DNA of 64,000 nt, from positions 24,669,821 to 24,733,820 of the forward strand of contig NC_092379.1 in assembly GCF_030028105.1 (NCBI RefSeq), read 5' to 3'. Origin of the DNA: Mobula birostris. Lineage: Eukaryota. A program made the position numbers and the translations under genes. This document shows positions 21,456-33,800 of this stretch, piece after piece. Each line of letters opens with the position of its first letter. Within the stretch, counting starts at the first letter, position 1. The notes below the pieces were generated by a model. The model saw nothing but the letters and a program-made list of their open reading frames with translations, searched no databases and was not told where the DNA came from.

Positions 21456-24400
21456 TTCAAACACGAAGTCTCGGGACTATATATAAATTTCTGATCCAGC
21501 TCTGAATCAGTACACCGGAAAGTATATTGTAATAAATGATTTATTACAGACAGGGCAATCCATAATAATTTTCCGCAAATAATAATAATAATAAAGGATA
21601 AACAAGCAAGAACAAATTGTTTAATACATATAGCCAATCCAAACACACTTAACCTTTATAAACCATAAGCAAAAGCTCTACACATATGCTGAATGAAATG
21701 TGGAAATTGAAAGACTTTGCAACATGAACAAGGTGTAAATTGGTGACGATATCATAATATTCACCCACCTGATATTGATGCCTCACTTTCAGTAAATCTA
21801 ATGACAAGTATATGAGAGTGGAGCGTGCTAAGTTTGTTCAAAAGGACATGAAGGTAGAGCAGCGATGTTTAAGCATGTAACAAGCAGCAGAAACAAAGGA
21901 GAGTCAGTGGCCTTCACGATGCAGCTGCACAGGTGAAGACCATCAAGATGTGGCCCACCTGAATTAAATTGCCCTAGCATTTGTAGAAGATTGTTAGTTT
22001 GCTATAGGCGAATGTGGGGGTTATTCCTGTTGGGGGTGTGGCTAGTGATGTTCAGCAAGGGTCGCAGTTGGGGTCTCTGCTTTTCAAGTTTTTCATAAGA
22101 GAATGGATGGATTTTTGCCGAGGTCGCGTATGATACAAATATAGGAGATATATTGGGTACTGCTGAGGAAGCAGAGAGCACGGAGCATTCTCCGGTGGTA
22201 GAATAAGCTACGACAATGGGCACATAATTGGCAGATGCAACAAGAAGTAGGAAACTGTATGAAATGTAATTTGATCGCAGGAACAACGTCGTGAAAATAT
22301 TCTACATTAGGAGTGAATTCGAAACAATCAGGTGTATACAAACGTGATAGTCCTACTTCGTGAATCCTTTACGGTCAACTGGAGAATTGAGTCCGTACCA
22401 AAAAAAAATAACAAAATATAAAAACTGGGATGTACCGTTGTTTAATTACAAGAGGTAAATCGCACTACATTTGCAGTTTTGGAAAGTTGCGTGCTCAAAG
22501 TCCAAACGAAGGGTTTGCTAGTTAACCAGGGAGAAAAGTAGAGACTTAAGAGAATTACCTCGGGGCAGATATTTTTATCGTAGGTGGAGAGTTTTATGTC
22601 TCTTCGGATTAGAGCAACGATACGAATCCCACTGTAACATAACCAGCAAAAAAATTACTGAGTGCAGTGGACGTGAGGACGATAGATCCAGCAGCGGGAA
22701 AGTGGAGCCTCAGAGGTACTCTACCTCAAACAAAACGGACCTCCCTTAGGTTACAGTGGAAACATTTTTTTAGCCAGATTGTATATGTGTGGGATTCCTT
22801 GCCACAGTCTGTTGGGGAGGACATGCACGGTAAATTTCAGGCAGAGGTAAATACCTTCTCAAATCGTAAGTGTTTCAGAATTTGGACCGAGTTGCCAGAG
22901 GAATGCAGCCGAAATTTTATAATATATACAGTACGATCCCGTAGCAGAACCAATATCGAAATGTCAATAAGCAAAATCTTCTCGGATGCTCTTACGGCCA
23001 GATCCTGTACATACCTCCAAAACACGCTTTAATATACCATACCTTTCAGTAGTTCGATGGACAACCTCACACACACGAGAAAAGGATAATAGATATAGTT
23101 GATAAATATTGAGGGCTGAGAAGATTAGCAAGTGAGTTCTGTTTAGAAATGTTGATCTTTTGTAGGTTTTTAATGTTCGAATTTATTACATAATTGCGCT
23201 GAGTTCAATGGCTTCAATGTATTGTATAATAGTCAGGTCATTCTTGTTGGCACTGTCGCGTAACCGCCTATGTGCCGTTCTGTAGCATTTTTGAGCTTAA
23301 GTAATTCACTAGCTCACGCATTTGTGGCAGGTTTGGTCCTCGGCAACACAGAAACTCAACCTCGCGGCGTTAATCGCGAAGCTTACGAGGCATGCGATAC
23401 GCGGGAAATTGCAAGAGTGGATTTAGAATTCTCCTGTACTCGGAAGGCATAGCGTGGTATTAGTTGTAAGTTAATATGCCCACCTTTCAAGAATTACAGA
23501 CGTTCATTGAGTAACTGGACGTTCATTGAGTAACTGCTTCGAGACCCTCAGTGTCTGTGACATTAAAAATTACTGTGTGATTTCATGTAATGATTTTAAT
23601 GTGAAAGTAGAGAAACGGCATAAAGAATAGTGGTGTTGTGTACCCAGTAGAAAGATGTCACATGTTGCAACCTGATATAGGGAGGATGTAGAGTTGGGTA
23701 GACAAATGAAAAATTACATTTCAAATGGGAAAAAAAAAACAACAACTAGTGTGAAATAACCAACATTAGAAGTTCGTACAGGATTATGCGGAGGATTCTC
23801 CAGGCGCAGTGGTACAGATGGATACTCGGCATTCACGTCAATATATTCCCCATTGCTGCTAGGCAAGGGAATTTACGAAATAATATGGTGTACTGGATAT
23901 TGAAATGGATATTGATTTTAAGAGCTGCGAGTAGATACTATGCATATCACAAAGATCAGGTGAGACAATTTCTGAGTACCTTACTATAGAGAGCGTGTCT
24001 GATTTTTATGAGAGAGCTCAGAAGAATTGCCATGAGGCCTCAAATATTAGAAAACGCCTTAAGCAGAAATTTAGAAATAAATATAGAGATTTTCATTTTG
24101 GAACAACGCTAGTTGACAGTCAGCTTTATATAAATACGTACGACTATGAAAGGCAAGCTAAGATTCTCCACTGAGCGGTAATGCCAAGCACCAGAAACTT
24201 CCGTTTATGGTTACTAGACGGAAATTTACCGCAGATGTCTGAAATCGTGTGATATTTCACAGAGAACAGCGGGTGACTGAAATTCATGCCGGAGATGATA
24301 GAACCTTCATGATGATATTAAAAAAAAATACTACTATGTAGATATATAATAGTGTCTTTGAATGAGGAAATGTTTGGATAGATGATTTAGTGTTGTAAAT

Positions 24401-26530
24401 TAGCTGGCAGAGCAAAGTCCGGCGTAGGGTCCGCAGTGTGTTGTCCTGTTTAATATTCCCTGTTTTCTGTTCCATGAGATGGAGACGGCAGATAGTCCGT
24501 CGTTTTGTTCTTTCTTAACTCCAAAAGTGTTATCATCATTTTATGATTTTGCTCATGTGAAGTACATTTCATTTGTTTTAAGAATTTTATTTTCTTTAAT
24601 TTTATTATATTTTTTTTTGCAGGACTTGTGAAAACAGTCTGTCAGCTTTTGCAAATTTGCGGTTGTTCATTAGCTTCTGACAACCAAAAGGCAAATAAAA
24701 GGCACGGCCACTTCTATCGTGACTCAAAGGAATTTCAGCACCGAGCTTCCAGAGGCGCACAAATACCCTGTCAATATAGTTGGGAAATAAATGAAACAGT
24801 TAAATTCGTTTTGATAATTTATGAGTAGCATCTTATAATAGAATTTTCCATCTGGTTCATGTGAAATTACATAGTTTAAAATGTGGAAAGTATTGAGGTT
24901 CTGTAGTTACTTAATCCGCTCTATTCAACATTAATAGCATCGCACATCATTTCAAACCCAGATTCCTATGTTCCCGGCAATACTTGCACAATGTTTTTTT
25001 AGGAAAACGTACGGAATTGTCTTGAATTCAAATAATAGATCCACACAGAAGATTCAAAAGAGACAGTTCATGGATCTATGATATTGTCGAGAAGTAAAAT
25101 AAGGGGAACTTTTTTTTTTCCACCAGGAATATAGGTCTGATGAAATTTAAAAGACGCATCATAATTAATTGTCTATCGTTACTGGATCTGCCACGAACAG
25201 GGACAAGTGAATGTTTCGCAAAGTTTAGTTTCGTTGACAATGTGTCCAAAATAAGTTTATTGTCCTTGGGATTTTTTTTTTCTCCAACGACTTGCCGAGG
25301 TGGAGAAATAATTGGCAGCTGGTGCAGGTGGAGAAATTAAATTCCTGAACGTAAATGCTGGAAAAGGTGAAAATTCACTGGAAATAATAACTAAAATATA
25401 GAACATTTAGAAACAATCTGCCAGCGCGGCCACCCTGAGAGATGAAAGATCTACCTCTTCCCTTGTGTAAAATACATTGCTGTTTTTTTTTTTTTTTCTG
25501 TGACAGAAGGACGAATGGGAAAAAGGACTGAGCAATAAGCTTATTTATAGCGATTGATGCACTGTCTACAGATTTGTTGATCTTTAATTTAGCGAAACAG
25601 TATCCATGAGATGGGAGTGATTTTCCATGTTTCGGATGAAAATCTGTGCAGTGAGGAATACACGCTGTTAAATTTAATACACCCCGGTGTAAAACTTCAT
25701 AACCAGTCCCTGTAAGGAACTCAGCATCCACCCGGCATTTATGGAAAAGAGTAAACTGGCAACGTTTCAGGCATAGATACTTCAATAGGATATGCATGTA
25801 TATACTACGTTGCATGTGGTGAACATCTAGCATTTTCGCTCTGTTGCTTGGGATTTCAGCATCTGTAGATCTTCTCATGCTGTGACAATTCAACCTCCGT
25901 ATTACTTATAACTCAATCAGTTTTCATGTGTGTGTGTTTTTCGTTAACCCCTGATGATGTTTCTTCTACTTTGGCTACATATGGTATATATGCTAGCATC
26001 ATAAAATGTACTATCAACGTCGCTTGCATTGCAGTTTATATGTGGGTGTCAGGCTCATTCGCAACTGGGCGTCTCCACTGATTAATCACATCTAGAGGTT
26101 GTGCAAGATAAATAGTGACTTTCTCAAGCTTTCAACATACAGTTTCCGTGGATCTGCAGAGTCACATAGCACAGAACATTTCTGAGAAGTTTCGTGAAAC
26201 TTGATTACGCAATGTGATGATCCAAGATCAGCATTTCTTCCTCTGCCCCCATAACCATCTGCTGGCAACACAAATAATCGCTCTGCATCGGCGAATGCAG
26301 TCTTGCCTCTACTCTTGTAATGCATGGTTACAGAGTTGCGCTGCCTATACTTGAATTGTACACTTCCAAAGAAGAGCTCATGGCTGGCAATCCAAACGCG
26401 TTCTTTTTTTCTTTCAATCTTATAGCTTCTATCTACGTAATCTCAATCAAGCTTGAATATCCAACAAAACTACCCTTGAAAGCACTTCGATGAAACTGCG
26501 TTTTTAAATTTTGTCAGTTCATATATTTAC

Positions 26531-26624
26531 TGACTGTAACAGTGACCGTGTTCCCCGTTCCACCTCGATAGCTGGTGTAGTAATTCGCCGTGATCCGACA
26601 CTCAGTCTCACTGGTATACAAATC
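26531..26624 (-). pseudogene. J segment Y2 (26531-26585) with dead heptamer
   Basis: NYYTSYRGGTGNTVTVTV then A|GTAAAT; RSS CGCCGTG-23-ATACAAATC (CAC>CGC). Confidence 0.85.
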
Positions 26625-26920
26625 ATCCTCAGCTCAGTCTAATCAGCAGCCGACATTGGACTGTGTACAACTATTGCAGACTTTTCAAAAATGAACAACA
26701 TCATGCAGTGTTCCAGAAACCCCTGTGTAGCTACCTGTGAAAAAGACAACAATAAGATGACCGCTCCATACATTCCGAATGTCGATTCACTAAACTTCAG
26801 CAAATGTGAAAGAAAAAGTCCTGAAGGGGGCAAAGTACAATGGAATTCACCCGATCGCAGCGTGAAAATAATCCCACATATGATTCTATTTCCTGACTCC
26901 AGAATATATTCGGTGTTGAA

Positions 26921-26990
26921 AGTTTTTGTTCGATTATTCTTCTTTGTGCATATTCCCAAATCCACAGAGTTTTATGTCAGGTTTAAATCT
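26921..26990 (-). other. D segment Y2 (core 26949-26962, GATTTGGGAATATG) with 12/12 RSSs
   Basis: J-facing CACAAAG-12-ACAAAAACT; V-facing CACAGAG-12-weak nonamer. Confidence 0.8.
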
Positions 26991-27337
26991 CTGAATGGAC
27001 TGAGCTGGAGGTAACAGCTTCCCAACTACTATTCCTGCTTCCGTCCTGTTGGAGCAGGGTGACATCTGATGTAAGGGTTGGGAAGGGGAAAACTCATTAT
27101 CACTTGTTGTTCGCTATAAACAGAAATGTGAAAGGCGGTTTTGTATATGTAAATTCAGAAGAGAATAGAAAGAATATGAACAGCAAACTTCATGTCCCAT
27201 TGCAAAATATACTGTACGGAACGCAGGAGAAATGCCTTGTTGAATTACGGACAGATTAACTCTATTCCTTAAGCTGCTGATGGGATAAATTGCAACGAGT
27301 ATTTGAGCACAGCAGGACTCGCTTTCCAAGCTCTGTG

Positions 27338-27629
27338 CATATTCATGTTTATATTCAACTTTACAGAAATAGTGGCGCTGCCCTTAACTCCAAGATCCAA
27401 AATGTTAAGGGTAATTGTCATTTATGCTTTATTTTCCGTTTTAATAAATCTTCCTCCTGTGTAGATACGCTGCCCGGCCGTTCCTGGCTGCGTCTGTTTG
27501 AAAAACTGTCCGTTTATAAATTAATCGCTTGAGGATTTTTTTTACGGAACCTGCATGTGATGGTGAGAAACAAGCATTATATCTTCCCCACCGCTGTCGG
27601 ACTCTGGATTACTGATTGACCGAAGAAGA
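27338..27629 (-). pseudogene. NAR V pseudogene Y2
   Basis: Same TAA as Y1 (27577-27579), CDR1 frameshift and a 1-nt deletion before the YFC motif; heptamer CACAGAG at 27337-27331. Confidence 0.9.
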
Positions 27630-27775
27630 CTGGAAATTAAGAAATGCAGAAGGGAAGCGTCATCAGCTGTGAAATTCGCAGGACGACTAATACTATAACT
27701 TCATGAAATACCTAATCTACCTGTTCAGTATTATATCTAACCCGCATACAGCAGAACATTGCCTACGGTATTCAA

Positions 27776-27818
27776 GCCGAAAGCAGATGCAGAGGATGAC
27801 ATTCACGAGGATGTTCAT
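27776..27818 (-). pseudogene. Leader exon Y2 with destroyed donor
   Basis: MNILVNVILCICFR; donor reads TTGAAT instead of GTGAGT. Confidence 0.8.
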
Positions 27819-30800
27819 CGTTTCGTCTCCGGGTGTAAGATGGTTTATATGACGGAGAGTTAGACTGCTGTGTTCCGTTGTTCCTGAGAACAGGGCAGAG
27901 ACACCTCCGACGCTTGCTGTTCTAGATTTATGCAATTGCTGCGGTCTTTCCGAATTACCTTCTAGCGAGAAAGCGTACGGTTTATTGAACAATAGCTATG
28001 GTTCTGTCCCCACTCAAGCTTTTTGGAACTGATGAGAAAGGTCCTCCATGACAGTTTTAACGTCAATACAAGTAATTCATCATCTTTTTGGATAAATTCG
28101 AAAAGACCAGGCATCTGCGAAAAGGAAATGACAACATTGACACGTGCCAGTATGAAAACATATCTGATCAAGATAACTGAGAGTGTCACTAGGTTTATAA
28201 ATATATCATCAGCCATATCCGGATGTTTTCAGGGATGGAGTGAAGGTGATAGAGAATGGTGGGATAGGTGTAGAACAAGTGAGTTTTATGGAACTGTGGA
28301 AGCTGGAGGCAATGTTGATATAATTTACGAGGTCAAAAAGGGTACATGCATTATGCCAGTAGTTACCAGATGTGGCTATTATTTTTAAACCCTTCAGAGG
28401 CAACGGTTGAATAAACAGGTCACAGAGTACAAGGTATTTAATTCGCATAAGAACATAAGAACAGATTTACTAAGTTGATTTTCTGAGTCTGCTCCGCCAT
28501 TCAATCGTGGCTGATCAATTCTTTTCCCTCCTAAACCCCATTTTCCGGCATTCTCCAGTAATCGGTGATATTTTGTCTAATCGAAAACCTATCAATCTCT
28601 CTCTTAAATGCACCCAGCGACCTGAACACCACGGCTACATGTTGAAATAACTTGCACATATCACCACCCACTGGCAAAGTAAATTCCTGCGCATCTGTTT
28701 TTTTTTTTTTTGCATGGGCGCCCCTCTATCCTGAGGCTGTCCACCAATGAAAATATCCTTTACACATCTACTTTGACAAGGACTTTCAACATTCGGAAGT
28801 TTTCAATGAGATCCCCTGCATCCTTTTAAAACCCAGAGAGTACAGACCCACAACCATCAGAAAAATGATAAAGAAAATCCAAGTATGTTAACCGTTCCAT
28901 TCCTGGAATCGCCATTGTGAACCGACTGTGGACCATCTTCAATACCAGCACATATTTTCTAAAATGAGCAACCCAAAATAGTTCACAATACGCCAGATGA
29001 GAACTCACTAGTGCCTCATAAATTCTTGGCATCACATTCCTGCAATTCCATTCTGGCCCTCTGAAATGAATGCCAATATTACAGTTGCCTTTTGCACCGC
29101 CGAATCAGCCTACAAGTTAACATTCAGCTGGTTCTGCATACAGACTCCTAAGTATTTCTTCATCTCAGAGTTTTGGATTTTCCCCGCTCAGAAGGTACTC
29201 CATTTCATATTCCATTTGCCACTTTCTTGTAGATTCTCCTCATCTGTCTGAGTCCTTCGGCATCCGACTTGTTTCCGCAACACTTCCTGCCTCTGCAATT
29301 ATGTTTATATCTTCTGCAAACCTGACCAAAAAGGTAACTATTTTATATTCAAAATCATGCATATACAAGATAAACAGAACAGGTCCCAACACCTACCCAT
29401 GCGGACAACCACCAGTCACTGGCACACAAACTGACAAAGATACATTATTCCCATTCACTGCCCCCTTCCAATCAACCAATGCTCTAACCTTCCTGTAATA
29501 CAGCAAGCATTCAACTTGGTAAGCAGGCTCATGTTGGCACATTTTCAACGGCCTTCTGAAACGTCCTCATATACAACATCTACTGCACACCCTTTATCTA
29601 TCTTACTTGTGATCCCCTCAATGAATTCCAACAGGTTTGACAGGCAAGATTTTCCCGTAAGGGAACCAGACTGACTTTGTACTATGTTCTCCCGTGTCAC
29701 AAATTATCCATCGCCTCAGACTGATCAACTGACTCTAACATTTTCCCAATCACTCAGGTCCGGCTAACTTGTCTATATTTTTTTTCTCTATGCTCTTCAT
29801 CGCTGTTAAAAAGTAGATTGACTTTTGAAATTTTTCAGTTCTCTGGCATCATTGGACTCTGGCATCATGCCAGAGTCCAATGATGCTTGAATGACCATCG
29901 CTAATGCCGCCACAATCTCTAAAGCTACATCTTTCACACACCTAGGATGACTAACATACCTTTAGGTCTTTCAGCTTTTGAGCACTTGCCTTCAAGTTAT
30001 AGTAACTGCACCTTGTTCTCTTCATCCAAGCATAACAACATCTCACACACATCTCGTATCTTCAATATTAAAGACTGATGCAACATACTGCCAATTTTTT
30101 ATACCCGTTGTTATTTACTTCCCTCATTTGATGCTGGTGCTATATCCACTCTCATTTCTCTTTTATGTCTTACATAATTAATAAGCGTTTCCGATCTACT
30201 TTGAAAGAGTCCGCTGGCTTGCTTTCATGTGCCTTATTTCCCCTTCTAATGATTCTTTTAGTTGCTCACTGCAGCTTTTTAAACACTTTTCATTCCTCTA
30301 TCTTTCCAGTATTTGTTGCATCTTTGTATGCTTATGTTTTATTTTTAGATTAGCTTTGACTTCACTTTCAGGCACGGTAGTGCAATATTGCCATTCGGGT
30401 AGTTCGCATGTTTTGGAATACACACGTCGTTCCTCATTCTACCCGGAAACGCACACCATTGTCGCACTCCTAACATCCCTGCAAGCAGCTTCTTCCAATT
30501 TACTTTGGCCAGCAGCTCTTTCGTACCACTCTACTTTCTGTTGCTCCAGTGAAATTGTGCTACGCGAGAATTTATTTTCTCCCAATCAAATTTCAAGTTG
30601 AAATCTATCGCATTATGATCACTGGTTCCTCAGGGTTCTTTTACTTACAGCTGCCTAATCGCGACCGTTCCTTACATAACAGCCAATCCTGTACACCTGA
30701 TTCGCGTGTAGACTCAACGACAAATTGCTCTAAAAAGCCATCTTTCAGGCATTCAACAAACTCATTCTCCGAATCGACCTGCATATTAAAATCTCCTATG

Positions 30801-30884
30801 GCTACCATAACGTTGCTCTTTTTCACGGGCCTTTTCTATCTCCAACTGTAATGTGTTGTCCAACTCCCAGCTACTGTTGGAAGG

Positions 30885-33800
30885 TCAGTATTTAACTGAG
30901 ATCAGACGCATGCGCTCAGTTTAGGTGCTATGCAAATGTTGTCTTAGACATGCCTAGGCATGTTTAGTCAGGTTAGATGCTGGCAGACAGGCTATAAAAG
31001 CTGCTCACTTTTACAGATGCTGTTTAGAGACATGTCGATGCACATGTTCTTCAGGCAATAGCATAGTGAGTACACTTGATAATAGGCGTTTTATCTTCCG
31101 TAAGATTCAATACAGCAGAAATATCTCATCAATGCCGCAACAGCTGTGATACATTCTGTTACATATGTGGCGAGTAGGTGCTTAAGGCTCAAAGACGCAC
31201 CATGACTGAACTAATTAAGAAAGCCTGTGTGCTCTAATTCGGATGTAAAATTGGTGACCGAGACAAACCCTGGGCTCCTCACATTTGTTGTGCAACACGT
31301 GTATTTAACCTGAGAGCTCGGCTCAGAGGTGCTCGAAGTGAATGCCAATTGCTGTCTCAATGATATGGCGAGCACATGAAGGATCACGTGACTGACTGTT
31401 ACTTCTGTTTGAGCAATGTATCTGGCTTCTCTAATAAAAATAAGAAATCTATTGAATACCCCAATCTGCTTTCAGCCATGAGGCCAGTGTCACATGATGA
31501 CAGTTTGCAAGTTCTGCAGCCACCAGAGACATGGAGCCCTGGTAAGACAGATGAAAATGCCACAAAACAATAAACAGATGTCGAAAGCGACACTGATCCA
31601 GATGTTGAACCCTTTATGCAGATTATACACATTGGTAACACAGCCAGAATTAAATGAACTGGTATGGCACTTATATTTGTCAAAAGCTAAAACAGAACTA
31701 CTTGGTTCAAGATTCCAAGGATGGGGTTTGCTGTCACCAGGTACAAAAATGTCTGTCTTTCGAAACCATCAAGAACATTGACAAACGTCTTTACATTAGT
31801 TGACAGCCTTTGTTTCTGCATTGACATTGATTGCACTAACAAATATAGGTCTGCCTCCTCTTCATGCAAAACACGGACTGATGACAAATTTTGTGAAAAC
31901 AATGAACAAAGACGGTGATTGAATTTTGCTATTTGAGACAGATGTTTAGAAAAATAATTCATTCCAAGATTAAGAAAGGCATTTTTGTTGGTCCACAAAA
32001 CAGACTGGTCATCAATGACAGGTATTTCGAAGATCTGCAGGTAGGGTCAGATAAAGTAGCATGGAACGCATATAAGGATGTTGTTGAGAATTTTCTTGAC
32101 AACTACAGAGCACCAAACTAGATTGAGATGCTTGCAGCATGCTTATAGCATTCAAAACCATGAAGTGCAGCATGTCATTGGAAATTTACTTCCTGCATTC
32201 ACACCTGGACTTCTTGCCTGCTGATCGTGTTGCATAGAAACATAGAAATATAGAAAATAGGTGCAGGAGTAGGCCATTCGGCCCTTCGAGTCTGTGCCGC
32301 CATTCAGTATGATTATGGCTGATCATCCAACGCAGAAACCTGTACCTGCCTTCGTTCCATTCCCGCTGATTCCTTTAGCCACAACGACCATATCTAACTC
32401 CCTCTTAAATAAAACCAATGAACTGGTGTCAAGTGTTCCCTGTGGCAGAGAATTCTACAGATTCACCACTCTCTGTGTGAAGTAGTTTTTTTTTTCCTAA
32501 TCTCGGTCCAAAAAGTCACCTCTTTATCCTCGAACTGTGACCCCTCGTTCTGGACTTCTCCAAAATCGGGAGCAATCTTCCTGCATCTAGCCTGTCCAAT
32601 CCCTTTAGGATTTTATACGTTTCCATAAGATCCCCCCTCAATCTTCTAAATTCCAAAGAGTATAATCGTAGCCGATCCAATATTTCATCGTATGAACGTC
32701 CTGCCATCCCAGGAATCAATCTGGTGAGCCTGTTTTGTACTCCCTCTACGGCAAGAATGTCTTTCCACAGATTAGGGAATCAAACCTGCACACAATACTC
32801 CAGGTGTGGTCTCACCAAGGCTTTGTACAACTGCGGTAGTACATCCCTGCTCCTGCTTTCGAATCCTCTTGCTATGAATGCCAGCATACCATTCGCCTTT
32901 TTTACCGCCTGCTGTACCTGCATGCTCACTTCCAATGACTGGTGTATAATGACACCCAGGTCTCGTTGCACCTCCCCTTTTCCTAATCGGCCACCATTCA
33001 GATAAAAATCTGTTTTCCTGTTTTTGCCATCAAAGTGGATACCCTCACATTCATCCAGATTAAATTGTTTCTGCCATGAATTTGCCCACTCACCTGACCT
33101 TTCCAAATCACCTTGCATCTGCTTAGCATTCTTCTCACAGCTAACACTGTCGCCCAGCTTCATGTCATCCGCAAACTTGGAGATGCTTCCTTTAATTCCC
33201 TCGTCTAAGTCATTAATATATATATTGAGAACAACTGGGGTCCCAGCACTGAACGTTACGGTACCCCACTAGTCACTAATTGCTTTTCTGAAAAAGGTCC
33301 CGTTTATTCCCACTCTTTGCTTCCTGTCTGTCAACCAATTCTCTATCCACATAAATGCCATACCCTTCAATACCGTGTGCTTTAAGTTTGCATACTAAAC
33401 TCCTGTGTGGGACCTTATCAAGAGCCTTTTGAAAATCCAAGTTTACCACATCCACTGGTTCTCCCCTATCCACTGTACTAGATTCATCCTCAAAAAATTC
33501 CATGAAACTCGTCAGACATTATTTTCCTTTCGCAAATCCATGCTGAATTTCTCCGATTATTTCAACGTTTTCCAAATGTGCTGCTATCACTTCTTTGATA
33601 ACTGACTCTAGTGTTTTGCCCACCATCGATGTTGGGCGAACCGGTTTATAATTCCCCTTTTTCTCTTTCCCTCCTTATTTTTAGAAAGCGGGCTTACATT
33701 AGTCACCCTCCAATCCTCAGGAACTAGTCCAGAATCTAAAGAATTTTGAAAAGTTGTCACTAATGCATCCACTATTTCTTGCTTTGCTTCCGTAAGCACT

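Noticed and set aside
22002-22286. Signal-peptide-like ORF (FLLLVASA) recurring at 42771-43001 and 61511-61702
   Set aside because: Antisense to a decayed CR1 RT fragment; recurrence reflects duplication and the frames diverge.
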